NCBI GenBank assembly: GCA_017405785.1 | Contig: JAFQZR010000015.1 | Location: 6,360-38,359, forward strand | Reading direction: 5' to 3' | DNA length: 32,000 nt | Source: Erysipelotrichaceae bacterium | Lineage (GTDB): Bacteria > Bacillota_I > Bacilli_A > Erysipelotrichales > Erysipelotrichaceae | Shown here: one piece after another, positions 18,472-26,489 of the stretch | Layout of the letters: each line of letters begins with the position of its first letter | Position numbering within the stretch: the first letter of the stretch is position 1 | Made by a program: the position numbers and the translations under genes | Notes under the pieces: model-generated | Databases searched by the model: none | The model's input: the letters and a program-made list of their open reading frames with translations, nothing else | Told to the model about the DNA's origin: nothing

Positions 18472-19398
18472 ATGGCAGAAAAGAAAGTTAGAAAGTATAA
18501 GGATTCTGACGAAAAGATAACTGCCAAGTCTCTGATCACGCCGTTTCTTTTCTCGTTTCCTTTCATGGTAGGATTACTGATCTTTACCGTATATCCGTTT
18601 ATCAGAGCAGTATTGCTGAGTTTCATGGAGGACTATCGTTTCCTGTCCGGCAAGTTCAGCGGTTATGGCTTAGGCAATTATACGGCCATATTCAACGACC
18701 CCAACTTCATCAACGCCCTGAAGAGCACAACGAAGTATGTTCTGATCGTTGTTCCGACCAGTCTGGCCATTTCGTTACTGGTCGCAGTCGGTCTTAACAG
18801 TGTTAAGAAGCTGCAGGGTCTGTTCCAAACAGCCTACTTCCTGCCGATGGTCACAAGCGCTACAGCTGTAGGCATGATTTTCAGGTGGTTGTATGACTTT
18901 GACTACGGTCTGTTCAATTACTTCCTGGGTTTCTTCGGTGTTGACAAGATCCACTGGCTGGCTGATGTCAAATATACAATGGCTTCGATATGCATATACG
19001 GTATCTGGAGCATGCTGCCGTTTACGATCATCCTGTTACTGGCAGGCTTGCAGAACATTGACCCGATCTACTATACGGCAGCGAAAGCGGACGGGGCTAA
19101 AGCCAAGGACATCTTCTTCAACATAACAATTCCTTTATTGGCACCTACCATCGTATTGACTTCCATCGTCAACGTCATGAGTGCCTTCAAGGTATATGAT
19201 TCACTGTTTGTACTGTATGGAGCGAAGCCGGGACCGGCCTTCAACCTCTATACCGTCATCTATTATCTGTATGACCAGTTCTGGAATAAGAACAAACTTG
19301 GTTATGCGGCAGCCAGTGCCATGGTACTGTTTGCGATAATCGCGCTGTTCACCTTATTACAGAATCTGGTTACCAGAAAGACCAATTATTACAACTAG
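18472..19398 (+). CDS. Carbohydrate-type ABC transporter permease (MalF/UgpA-like)
   Basis: Six TM segments and the EAA-type loop AAKADGAKAKDIFFNITIPLLAP. I chose the start at MAEKK (RBS GGAGAGAGG). Confidence 0.9.
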   Translation: MAEKKVRKYKDSDEKITAKSLITPFLFSFPFMVGLLIFTVYPFIRAVLLSFMEDYRFLSGKFSGYGLGNYTAIFNDPNFINALKSTTKYVLIVVPTSLAISLLVAVGLNSVKKLQGLFQTAYFLPMVTSATAVGMIFRWLYDFDYGLFNYFLGFFGVDKIHWLADVKYTMASICIYGIWSMLPFTIILLLAGLQNIDPIYYTAAKADGAKAKDIFFNITIPLLAPTIVLTSIVNVMSAFKVYDSLFVLYGAKPGPAFNLYTVIYYLYDQFWNKNKLGYAAASAMVLFAIIALFTLLQNLVTRKTNYYN

Positions 19399-19409
19399 GA
19401 GGTGTGAAC

Positions 19410-20234
19410 ATGAAAAAAATCAATTTAGGAACAATAGTTCTCTATATCCTGCTGGCTGTAGGCGGTCTGATCATGATCTTCCCGTTTATCTGGATGCTGA
19501 TATCTTCAATGAAGACCTGGGCAGAATGCGGTTCTATGCCACCAACCTGGTGGCCGAAGGATCCGACTCTGGAAAACTATGTCTATGCCTTCAAGACCGC
19601 ACCGTTCTTAAAGTATTTCCGTAACAGCCTTATCGTTACGGTACTTTGTACGGGAATTACCATGTTTAATACGATCCTGTGTGCTTTTACCTTCTCCAGG
19701 CTGAGGTTCCCGGGAAGAGATATCATTTTCTCAATCATGGTGTCATTGATGATGATTCCATATGAAATGTTAATAATCACAAACTATACAACAATCGTGA
19801 AGATGGGTCTGTATGATACCCTGGCAGCACTGATCATTCCGTTTACTTCCAGTATTTTCTACACCTACATTTTGAGAAACTTCTTCCTGAGCATTCCGGA
19901 CAGCCTGTACTACTCAGCCAGAATTGACGGTGCCAGCAACTGGCAGTATCTCTGGAATGTCATGGTTCCAATTGCCAAGCCGTCACTGGTAACAATTGGA
20001 TTACTGAATGCCCTGACCTGCTGGAACAGCTTCATGTGGTCGATCCTGGTTGTCGGATCAGTTAACAACAGAACTTTGCCGTTCGGCTTGTTCGCATTTA
20101 CTGACCAGGCAGGTATCCGTTTTGAAAGACTGATGGCTGGCAGCTCTATCGTTGTCATTCCGGTTATCATTCTGTTCCTGTTCTGCCGTAAGCAGATCGT
20201 TACCGGTGTCAGCAAGGGAGGTCTGAAAGGATAA
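19410..20234 (+). CDS. Carbohydrate-type ABC transporter permease (MalG/UgpE-like)
   Basis: EAA-type loop SARIDGASNWQYLWNVMVPIAKP. RBS AGGAGG lies 7 nt upstream of ATG 19410. Confidence 0.9.
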   Translation: MKKINLGTIVLYILLAVGGLIMIFPFIWMLISSMKTWAECGSMPPTWWPKDPTLENYVYAFKTAPFLKYFRNSLIVTVLCTGITMFNTILCAFTFSRLRFPGRDIIFSIMVSLMMIPYEMLIITNYTTIVKMGLYDTLAALIIPFTSSIFYTYILRNFFLSIPDSLYYSARIDGASNWQYLWNVMVPIAKPSLVTIGLLNALTCWNSFMWSILVVGSVNNRTLPFGLFAFTDQAGIRFERLMAGSSIVVIPVIILFLFCRKQIVTGVSKGGLKG

Positions 20235-21709
20235 TGAGTATTGTTAAGATAGATATTCTCAATCACGCTGACTACGGCGCATCTTTCAGGGAAGACTTTG
20301 AGGTACCGGGCATTTCCCGTTTCTATACAGCCATTGAATCCGTCAGAAAGAACAATCCGGAACATACACTGTTACTGGATGCCGGAGACAACTTCAAAAG
20401 CTGGCTGTGGCACGAAAATGTCCAGGAAGGCATCGCTTTACTGAAGACAGATGTTTATGAATACGGTAACCATGACTTTGACTGGGGCAAGGAAAACATT
20501 GAAGTTTCATCAGAAAGACTGCTGAAGCTGGGAGTACCTATTGTCTGCAGCAACGTCATTGAAAAGGAAACAGGCGAACTGGTAAAGGGCGCCAAACCAT
20601 ATGTGGTCTTTGAAAAAGGCGGAATCAAATACGGTGTATTAGGTCTGATTACCGAATACACACCTTACATGGTTACCTACAGATACTTTCTGCCTTATGA
20701 AGTCATCGACTCAGTCGAATGTGCCCGCAAGTACATTCCGATGATGAGAGAAGAAGGGGCAGAGGTAATCATTGTATTGACGCATTACCCGTTCTATTTC
20801 ACTGATACGGAAACAAGCGGTGAACTGATCGATGTACTTGATCAGATCATCGATCTGAAACCTGACTGCATGATAGGCGGTCATATTCCGGGTGACTATG
20901 CCCGTGTCTATAAAGATGTAATTGTGTGCAAGGGCGGCTTTGGCGGTGTCAGCCTGCCTCATGCCATACTGTATTTTGATACGGAGACCAGAAAGGTTGT
21001 CGGTAAGGAAGGCGAAGTCATCGATGTCAAAGGCGGAGACTTTGAAAAAGACCCTGAGATCGATAAGTTTGTAGAAAGGGTCTGCGGACCTAAGGAATAC
21101 TTCTTCCAGGAAGTTATAGGCGAAGCCGCTGAAGACATCCCAAGCAGACTGGACTTCGAAAGCCCGATGGCCGATCTGATGGCTGATATGATCATGGATA
21201 AGTTCCATACAGACTTTGTTTACTTCAATAACACTTCTTTGGGAATGTTACTGCCTAAGGGACAGCTTACCAGAAGCAGTGCCATGGTCATTACCGGGTT
21301 CAATGACCAGCTTTATCAGTCGGTCTATACCGGTCAGCAGATCTGGGATCTGTTTGAACTGGTTCATGACCCGGACGTCTTCGGCAATAACGGAAACATT
21401 TCCTTTGCCGGATTAACGGTAAAGATGGACCATACTCAGCCTAAGGGACATAAGGTGGTCTATATCAGGGAACCTGACGGTAAGGACATTGATCTTAATA
21501 AGAATTACACGGTAACCTCAAGTGAATACATGAGTTCCGGAGGTAACGGTACCAGAGCCATTGCACAGTCCGTGCAGTGGACGGAAACCGGAGAAAAGAT
21601 GTTTGATGTGATCAGTGATTACATCATTAAATATAAACAGTTGAGATGTCCGGAATTAGGAAGGTACATTTTCATTGGTAAACCGGAAAATGATAACAGT
21701 CCATGGTAA
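20234..21709 (+). CDS. Bifunctional metallophosphatase/5'-nucleotidase family protein, paralog 1, cytoplasmic
   Basis: Contains LLLDAGD, YGNHDFDWG, VLTH and GGHIPGD (calcineurin-like motifs). The C-terminal 5'-nucleotidase domain is marked by ESPMADLMAD and SSEYMSSGGNG. There is no signal peptide. The start overlaps the permease stop (TAATG). Confidence 0.82.
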   Translation: MSIVKIDILNHADYGASFREDFEVPGISRFYTAIESVRKNNPEHTLLLDAGDNFKSWLWHENVQEGIALLKTDVYEYGNHDFDWGKENIEVSSERLLKLGVPIVCSNVIEKETGELVKGAKPYVVFEKGGIKYGVLGLITEYTPYMVTYRYFLPYEVIDSVECARKYIPMMREEGAEVIIVLTHYPFYFTDTETSGELIDVLDQIIDLKPDCMIGGHIPGDYARVYKDVIVCKGGFGGVSLPHAILYFDTETRKVVGKEGEVIDVKGGDFEKDPEIDKFVERVCGPKEYFFQEVIGEAAEDIPSRLDFESPMADLMADMIMDKFHTDFVYFNNTSLGMLLPKGQLTRSSAMVITGFNDQLYQSVYTGQQIWDLFELVHDPDVFGNNGNISFAGLTVKMDHTQPKGHKVVYIREPDGKDIDLNKNYTVTSSEYMSSGGNGTRAIAQSVQWTETGEKMFDVISDYIIKYKQLRCPELGRYIFIGKPENDNSPW

Positions 21710-23175
21710 TTAAATTCGATATACTGAATCATGCGGATTTCTGCGGTGAATTCAGAGGGGATAAGTACATCCCCGGTTTAAGAAAGTTCCATAACGCCAT
21801 CGAGACGGTCAGAGAAAAGAATCCGGACAACACATTGTTGCTGGATGCGGGAGACGAGATCAACCGTCTTCTTTGGCATGGCAGGGATGTTATTGACGGC
21901 ATGGAACTGATTGGAACTGATGCATGGACTCTGGGAAATCACGAATTTGACCGCGGCAGGGAATCTCTTGAAGAAAACGTTGAGTACATCCATAAGAAGA
22001 TTCCGGTATTATGTGCCAATATCAGAAACAAGAATAATGGTGAACCGGTAAAGAACACGGTTCCTTATGTAATACTGGAAAGAAGCGGTGTCAAGATCGG
22101 TATTATCGGTGTAACAACGGAATATACCGAAAAAATGGTCACATATCCGTTCTTTGAACCTTTTGAAACATCATCAGCGGCAGATGCAGTACACAGATGC
22201 TTCAGAGAAGTTAAAGAAAAAGGAGCACAGATAATCATAGTGCTGGCGCATATCGGAGCTTACAGTAATGACGGCATCTATGGGGGAGAACTGTTTGAAC
22301 TTCTGGAAAACATCAGGGACCTGGATATTGACTTATTGATCGGAGGTCATACTCCGGGAGATATCTGTCAGACATTTGACGGGATCATGGTCAATAAAGG
22401 AGGTTTCAGCGGTAAGTCTCTGTTACATACAACACTGTATTTCGACACCGAACAGAATAAGGTCATTAAAGCAGAGGGAGAAATACTTTATCCGTTGGAA
22501 GAAAAGTATGATGTACCGTGTCAGAAGATCGATGAATTCACTGAAAAGGTACTTAAGCCGTTTGATCTGTATTTCAATGATGTGTTTGCGGTTGCCACGG
22601 AAGATGTCAACATGAATTACGGCAGGGAAAGTGCCATGGGTGATCTGTTTGCGGATGCGGTAAGATGGAAAACCGGTACGGATTTCAGTTATTTCAACAC
22701 CACAAGCTGCGGACCGCGTATTCCGGAAGGAAACATAACCCGTTATTCCATCAAGCAGGCCATATATTTTGATGAACACATCCATATAGCCAAGTTTACA
22801 GGACATCAGATCAGAAAACTGTTTGAAACGGTACATAATCCTGATATTTATTCCAAGAACTTCAATCTGTATTTTTCCGGATTAAAGGTGACCATTGATC
22901 ACGACAGAGAATATGGGCATAAAGTTGTTTCGATTAAACATTTCGACGGAAGAGATGTCAGAGAGGATGAGGTGTTAAGCGTCGCCACCAGTGCCTACAT
23001 GGCTTCGGGGGGCAATGATACCAGAAAGATAGCCGGTGAGGTTAACTGGAAGGAAACCGATATATTCATTCACGATGCCATCAAGGATTATCTGACGGAA
23101 AAAAAGAGCATTGATAATTCGATAGATAACAGATATGTTTTCCTGGGCAGGGCTGTTGAATACGATGACCATTAA
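21703..23175 (+). CDS. Bifunctional metallophosphatase/5'-nucleotidase family protein, paralog 2, cytoplasmic
   Basis: It is collinear with paralog 1: LLLDAGD, LGNHEFDRG, VLAH, GGHTPGD, ESAMGDLFADA and SAYMASGGND. It overlaps paralog 1 by 7 nt (ATGGTAA). Confidence 0.82.
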   Translation: MVIKFDILNHADFCGEFRGDKYIPGLRKFHNAIETVREKNPDNTLLLDAGDEINRLLWHGRDVIDGMELIGTDAWTLGNHEFDRGRESLEENVEYIHKKIPVLCANIRNKNNGEPVKNTVPYVILERSGVKIGIIGVTTEYTEKMVTYPFFEPFETSSAADAVHRCFREVKEKGAQIIIVLAHIGAYSNDGIYGGELFELLENIRDLDIDLLIGGHTPGDICQTFDGIMVNKGGFSGKSLLHTTLYFDTEQNKVIKAEGEILYPLEEKYDVPCQKIDEFTEKVLKPFDLYFNDVFAVATEDVNMNYGRESAMGDLFADAVRWKTGTDFSYFNTTSCGPRIPEGNITRYSIKQAIYFDEHIHIAKFTGHQIRKLFETVHNPDIYSKNFNLYFSGLKVTIDHDREYGHKVVSIKHFDGRDVREDEVLSVATSAYMASGGNDTRKIAGEVNWKETDIFIHDAIKDYLTEKKSIDNSIDNRYVFLGRAVEYDDH

Positions 23176-23189
23176 GACACAGGTAAATG

Positions 23190-23198
23190 TGTTATAAT
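23190..23198 (+). promoter_or_regulatory. Possible extended -10 element upstream of the DUF2804 gene
   Basis: TGtTATAAT at 23190-23198. There is no convincing -35 and no terminator between it and the upstream gene. Confidence 0.35.
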
Positions 23199-23239
23199 TT
23201 GAGTAGCAGATATATAAAGATAATATAAAGAGGTATGCT

Positions 23240-24265
23240 ATGAGCAGAAATCATGAAGTAAAGAATGTTCAGCTGCTGCTGAACGATGAGGGAAATCTGA
23301 GAGAACCGGGATGGTCCCGTTCACTGGTACAGAAGTATGACCGTAAGATGATCAAGGCTCCTAAATGGCGCATTAAGGAATGGGATTACTATCTGGTGCT
23401 GACCGATAACTTTGCGGGTGCCTTCACCATTTCCGATGACGGCTATATCGGCTTGCAGTCAGTATCATTACTGGTATTTGGCGATAAACCGTGGGAACAC
23501 ACGGAAACGGTACTGAATCCTTTCACGATGGGTAAGCTGAATCTTCCTTCCGATTCATCATCAGGAGTAACGGAATATAAGGACAAACGCTTGCAGATGA
23601 AATTTGCGGTAGAGGGACAGTACAGACATATTACCTGTCATTTTGAAAACTTCTGGAATGGCAAGCCTTTTGACTGCGATATCAGACTGGCTCAGCCGCC
23701 AATGGATTCCATGGTCATAGCCACACCGTGGGATAAGGATCATGCCTTCTATTACAACCAGAAGATCAACTGCATGAGAGCATCAGGCTACATGCAGTAT
23801 GATGATGTGATCTATACCTTTAAGCCGGAGACCGACTTTGGTACTCTGGACTGGGGCAGAGGTGTCTGGACTTATGACAATACCTGGTATTGGGGTTCAG
23901 GTAACGCTGATGTCAATGGCCATGCCTTCGGTTTCAATATCGGCTACGGCTTTGGCAATACCAAGGCAGCATCTGAAAACGTTCTGTTCTATGACGGCAA
24001 GGTACATAAGCTTGACGATATTACATTCAACATTCCAGCCAGCGGCTATACCGATCCTTGGACTTTCACCTCTTCAGACGGCAGATTTGAAATGGACTTT
24101 GTTCCGGTATTGGACAGAGCGGCCAACATGGACTTCAAAGTCATTGTTTCCGACCAGCATCAGGTCTTCGGGCGCATGAGCGGCAAAGCCATACTGGATG
24201 ACGGAACGGCAATAGAGATCAAGGATGTCATGTGCTTCGCGGAAAAGGTACATAACAAGTATTAA
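23240..24265 (+). CDS. DUF2804 domain-containing protein
   Basis: A 341-aa soluble protein. The N-terminal region ...LREPGWSR......D...IKAPKWRIKEWDYY matches my memory of DUF2804 (PF10974) proteins. RBS AAAGAGG. Confidence 0.68.
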   Translation: MSRNHEVKNVQLLLNDEGNLREPGWSRSLVQKYDRKMIKAPKWRIKEWDYYLVLTDNFAGAFTISDDGYIGLQSVSLLVFGDKPWEHTETVLNPFTMGKLNLPSDSSSGVTEYKDKRLQMKFAVEGQYRHITCHFENFWNGKPFDCDIRLAQPPMDSMVIATPWDKDHAFYYNQKINCMRASGYMQYDDVIYTFKPETDFGTLDWGRGVWTYDNTWYWGSGNADVNGHAFGFNIGYGFGNTKAASENVLFYDGKVHKLDDITFNIPASGYTDPWTFTSSDGRFEMDFVPVLDRAANMDFKVIVSDQHQVFGRMSGKAILDDGTAIEIKDVMCFAEKVHNKY

Positions 24266-24283
24266 TAGATATAAATAGAGGCT

Positions 24284-24316
24284 AAAAAAGAAGGCAGATA
24301 AACTGTCTTCTTTTTG
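24284..24316. terminator. Bidirectional terminator between convergent genes
   Basis: AAAAAAGAAGGCAGataaaCTGTCTTCTTTTT forms an 8-9 bp stem with one G-T pair, flanked by an A-run and a T-run. Confidence 0.7.
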
Positions 24317-24319
24317 TGT

Positions 24320-25123
24320 TTAGTGGTATTTCCTGTTTTCTATGAAACGGATTATCCAGCCCATGGCAATCAGTACCCACATGCCCAGAAACAGACCGTT
24401 GGCTATGGATTTAAGATGTCCGAATGTGTAATAACCAGGTACTGTGGTAAAACTTTGCAGCAGTTCCAGAACAGGGAATATGATAAGTGGCTTCAGATTT
24501 CTGTTATCTTCATACCAGGAGTCGTCGTTTCTGATGCATTTGATCAATGTACCGATAAGGAATACGGCGGCAATTACTATTTCTACCGGGAAGACCCAAC
24601 GACACCTCAGATCCTTGAAAAAAGTGGGATATCTATCACTGGTAAACCGGTATTTGAATACTCTGAACCAGCAGTCCAGAAACATCCAGAACATTTCCCA
24701 TAACAGCTCTATCAAAGGCATTACCGGAGAGAAGATCTTGCCTAATACGGCAAGCACCAGAACCAGAACGCCGTTGAAGATAAACGGTAAAGTCAGACCG
24801 GCAGTTCCCAGAAAGAAACCTGCCAGGGAGGAACCGGGAGATCCACCGCCTGCAGATCTTTGCTGGGAGGCTCTTCTGTTTCTTTCTTCTTCCTCCTGTT
24901 TTCTTCTTTTTTCATCTGCCTGCTGTTGTTTCTTGGCTTCCTGTGCCCGCCGACGCTGAGCTGCTTCATTTTCTCTTGTTTCGCGAACATTATTGTTATA
25001 CTCTGACTGCCAGGTTTCACGGCCTTGTTCGTTTATTGTGTGTTGATGACCGTTAGCGTCAGTATAAGTTGCAAAGCCGCTGCTGTTGAAATTATGCTTG
25101 CTTGGATCCGTCTGTACTCCCAT
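24320..25123 (-). CDS. Hypothetical membrane protein with a highly charged K/R/E/Q-rich linker
   Basis: I chose the start at MGVQTDPS (ATG 25123, RBS AGAGGTAG). It has a soluble N-terminus and a stretch of about 45 aa, RENEAAQRRRAQEAKKQQQADEKRRKQEEEERNRRASQQR, followed by several hydrophobic segments. I recognise no family. Confidence 0.6.
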   Translation of the reverse strand: MGVQTDPSKHNFNSSGFATYTDANGHQHTINEQGRETWQSEYNNNVRETRENEAAQRRRAQEAKKQQQADEKRRKQEEEERNRRASQQRSAGGGSPGSSLAGFFLGTAGLTLPFIFNGVLVLVLAVLGKIFSPVMPLIELLWEMFWMFLDCWFRVFKYRFTSDRYPTFFKDLRCRWVFPVEIVIAAVFLIGTLIKCIRNDDSWYEDNRNLKPLIIFPVLELLQSFTTVPGYYTFGHLKSIANGLFLGMWVLIAMGWIIRFIENRKYH

Positions 25124-25166
25124 AAAACTACCTCTATATGATGAATAAATCTTCTTTGACAATAAA

Positions 25167-25195
25167 ATACTAACACAGAAAAAAGGCACTGTTAA
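25167..25195 (-). promoter_or_regulatory. Putative promoter of the membrane-protein gene
   Basis: On the - strand: -35 TTAACA (25195-25190), a 17-nt spacer, and an extended -10 TGtTAGTAT (-10 hexamer at 25172-25167). This supports the start at 25123 rather than 25189. Confidence 0.4.
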
Positions 25196-25386
25196 TCAGG
25201 TGTTATTGAGGTTGACAAAAATGCAAACCCGATAGATGTCAATTCAGGCTTGCTCGACAATAAATGGGCAGAAAATATAATAAAAGTAGAAACGGAGAGA
25301 ACGGCACAATAAAAACCATACTGATAGTAGATAAAAAAATATCCATTTAGTATTAGCGGTGTCTTTATTATCAGTGTTCACTCTCA

Positions 25387-25411
25387 TATAATGAAAATGT
25401 AATCAGATTAC
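25387..25411 (+). promoter_or_regulatory. Candidate -10 (TATAAT) plus a perfect palindrome GTAATCaGATTAC in the XRE gene leader
   Basis: TATAAT at 25387-25392. The 6+1+6 palindrome at 25399-25411 sits immediately upstream of the RBS AGGAGG. The -35 is poor (TTTATT). Confidence 0.3.
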
Positions 25412-25424
25412 AGGAGGCCTCCAT

Positions 25425-26489
25425 ATGAAGATAACACTTTCAGAAAATATCCGTACTTTCCGTAAACAGCGGCACCTGACGCAGGAACAGCTGGCTGAAA
25501 TTCTTAACGTCACCACCGGTGCGGTTTATAAGTGGGAATCAGGTATGTCAATTCCCGATATTACGCTCATTGTTGAAATGGCTGATTTCTTCGATGTCTC
25601 GGTAGATACACTGCTGGGATATGAAATGAAGGATAACAGCTTATATGCGACATTGGAAAGAATACGCGAATACATGCGTAATGCCAATCCGGAGGCCGTT
25701 ACTGAAGCGGAAAAAGCGCTTAAGAAATATCCTAATTCCCTGGATGTCGTTCACATCTGTGCAGACGTATACTTCCTGTTTGGACGCAGTAACCGTGAAA
25801 TGCTGCTTAAGGCGAAAGAGTTACTGGAAAGAACCCTGAGACTGTTACCGCAGACTCCTGATGCAAACTACGGAGAAAAGACACTGTACAGTGAGATCGC
25901 CTATATACATATCGCGTTAAAAGAATATGAAAAGGCTCTGGAAATAATGAAACGGCATAACCAGGATGGAAGCTTCAATGATGAGATCGGCTCTCTGCTG
26001 GCATCTTATATGAATAAGCCTGAAGAAGCCGAACATTATCTTACATCAGCTCTTATAAGCGGTGTAATATCCACGTTTGATGTCATAGTCAGTTATGTGA
26101 TGGTTTTTGATCACAGAAAAGACTATCAGGCAGCTCAGGATATCCTGGACTGGGGCGAACAGCTGTTGTGGGGATTGAAGAATGAAGAACAGAAAGACTT
26201 CTTCAGTAAAGTCAACATCTATATGCTGATAGAAAAAGCCCATATCCAGTTAAGAATGGGCAGAATAGATGAAGCATATGATACATTGTCAAAGGCGCAC
26301 CAGATAGTCTTAAACTTTGATGAATCACCGGATTACAGAATCGGTTCAACCAGATTCGCAGCCATTCCGGAAGGTGCTTATCTGTTTGACATCATGGGTC
26401 TGACAGCCCGTGAGAGTGTTGAGAACGAGATGCAACAGCTTAATAACAGTGAACTGCTCACAATGTGGCAGGAGGTAAACAATGAATAA
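25425..26489 (+). CDS. XRE-family HTH transcriptional regulator with a C-terminal TPR-like domain
   Basis: The N-terminal HTH_3 reads IR.FRKQRHLTQEQLAEILNVTTGAVYKWESG. A helical repeat region of about 280 aa follows. Confidence 0.85.
   Translation: MKITLSENIRTFRKQRHLTQEQLAEILNVTTGAVYKWESGMSIPDITLIVEMADFFDVSVDTLLGYEMKDNSLYATLERIREYMRNANPEAVTEAEKALKKYPNSLDVVHICADVYFLFGRSNREMLLKAKELLERTLRLLPQTPDANYGEKTLYSEIAYIHIALKEYEKALEIMKRHNQDGSFNDEIGSLLASYMNKPEEAEHYLTSALISGVISTFDVIVSYVMVFDHRKDYQAAQDILDWGEQLLWGLKNEEQKDFFSKVNIYMLIEKAHIQLRMGRIDEAYDTLSKAHQIVLNFDESPDYRIGSTRFAAIPEGAYLFDIMGLTARESVENEMQQLNNSELLTMWQEVNNE

Noticed and set aside
20711-21208. 165-aa antisense ORF inside 5'-nucleotidase paralog 1. Similar internal or antisense ORFs occur at 225-455, 3116-3538, 7066-7467, 8530-8880, 9563-10367, 14803-15216, 19910-20365, 22423-22836 and 31389-31868.
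   Set aside because: All lie fully within well-supported genes on the opposite strand or in another frame. They lack SD sequences and have atypical amino-acid composition, so they are treated as shadow ORFs.
24444-24959. 171-aa + strand ORF, plus the ORFs at 24314-24703 (+) and 24793-25020 (-)
   Set aside because: They are alternative frames of the 24320-25123 membrane-protein gene. They stay open because of the purine/pyrimidine-biased low-complexity tract. They have no RBS and a nonsense-like composition.
25124-25189. ORF-track N-terminal extension (MPFFCVSILLSKKIYSSYRGSF) of the 24320-25189 ORF
   Set aside because: The internal ATG at 25123 has a proper RBS, and a promoter-like -35/-10 pair (25167-25195) lies inside the extension. 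The extension is therefore most likely 5' UTR.
25236-25280. 14-codon ORF (MSIQACSTINGQKI) in the intergenic region upstream of the XRE-TPR regulator, considered as a possible signalling-peptide gene
   Set aside because: It has no SD sequence and no signal or leader features. A short ORF of this length is expected by chance in AT-rich intergenic DNA.
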